The notes beneath the pieces were generated by a model. That model ran no database searches. It was not told the DNA's origin and was given only the letters and a program-made list of their open reading frames with translations. 31,254 nucleotides of DNA, from NCBI GenBank assembly GCA_036149055.1, contig JAYZQJ010000220.1, positions 1 through 31,254 of the forward strand. The letters are read 5' to 3'. Positions 31,087-31,254 of the stretch are shown here, piece after piece; position 1 is the stretch's first letter; every line of letters begins with the position of its first letter. A program made the position numbers and the translations under genes. Source of the DNA: Myxococcota bacterium. Its GTDB lineage: Bacteria; Myxococcota_A; Polyangia; Polyangiales; Sandaracinaceae.

Positions 31087-31254
31087 GTTTCTTGGAGGGT
31101 TTGGGGCAAACCCTCCCCCCATTGGGCAAAGCGCCAATGGGGCCCCCCTCCCGACTCCGTCGGGGCCTCGCGCGCTTCGCGCGCTGGCCCCGCGACCCCA
31201 GCGACGGGGCGCTGGGGGCCCTGCGGCTCGCGCTCGCGCTGCGCGCTCGCTGGC
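31081..31254 (+). repeat. Structured palindromic repeat element, copy 2 (runs to the window end)
   Basis: Inverted copy of 34-203; begins at the TTC-TGA end of the Omp85 gene. Confidence 0.9.

Noticed and set aside
31084..31116. SECIS-like arrangement (UGA, then a hairpin with a G-starting loop 17 nt downstream) suggesting selenocysteine readthrough
   Set aside because: Omp85 needs its C-terminal Phe, neither protein has a redox-type Sec context, and the indels between copies shift the downstream frame.

Overview
Very GC-rich bacterial DNA whose gene content (eukaryote-like Ser/Thr kinases, PEGA/TPR proteins, Cys-rich lipoproteins) suggests Myxococcota, probably Polyangiales/Sandaracinaceae-like (inference). 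It holds about 25 genuine CDSs; most long ORFs in the track are antisense or off-frame shadows. Envelope and housekeeping genes dominate: two membrane kinases, a LolC/E-type permease, an M50-CBS protease, a Spy/CpxP protein, a TPR lytic transglycosylase, a patatin, dnaJ, hemW, ccmA-ccmB, TlpA, a TamB-Omp85 pair and tRNA-Gly(GCC). I saw no transposase, CRISPR array or phage gene. The most striking non-coding feature is a ~170-nt multi-hairpin repeat in inverted orientation at both window ends. Each copy begins exactly at a TTC-TGA (Phe-stop) gene end and the copies differ by compensatory changes. Also notable are an orphan SctO/FliJ-like gene coupled to a lipoprotein, a 134-aa acidic insertion in LolC/E, a hemW-ccmAB linkage, a kinase/TPR/lipoprotein cassette on overlapping -10 boxes, and several apparently leaderless genes.
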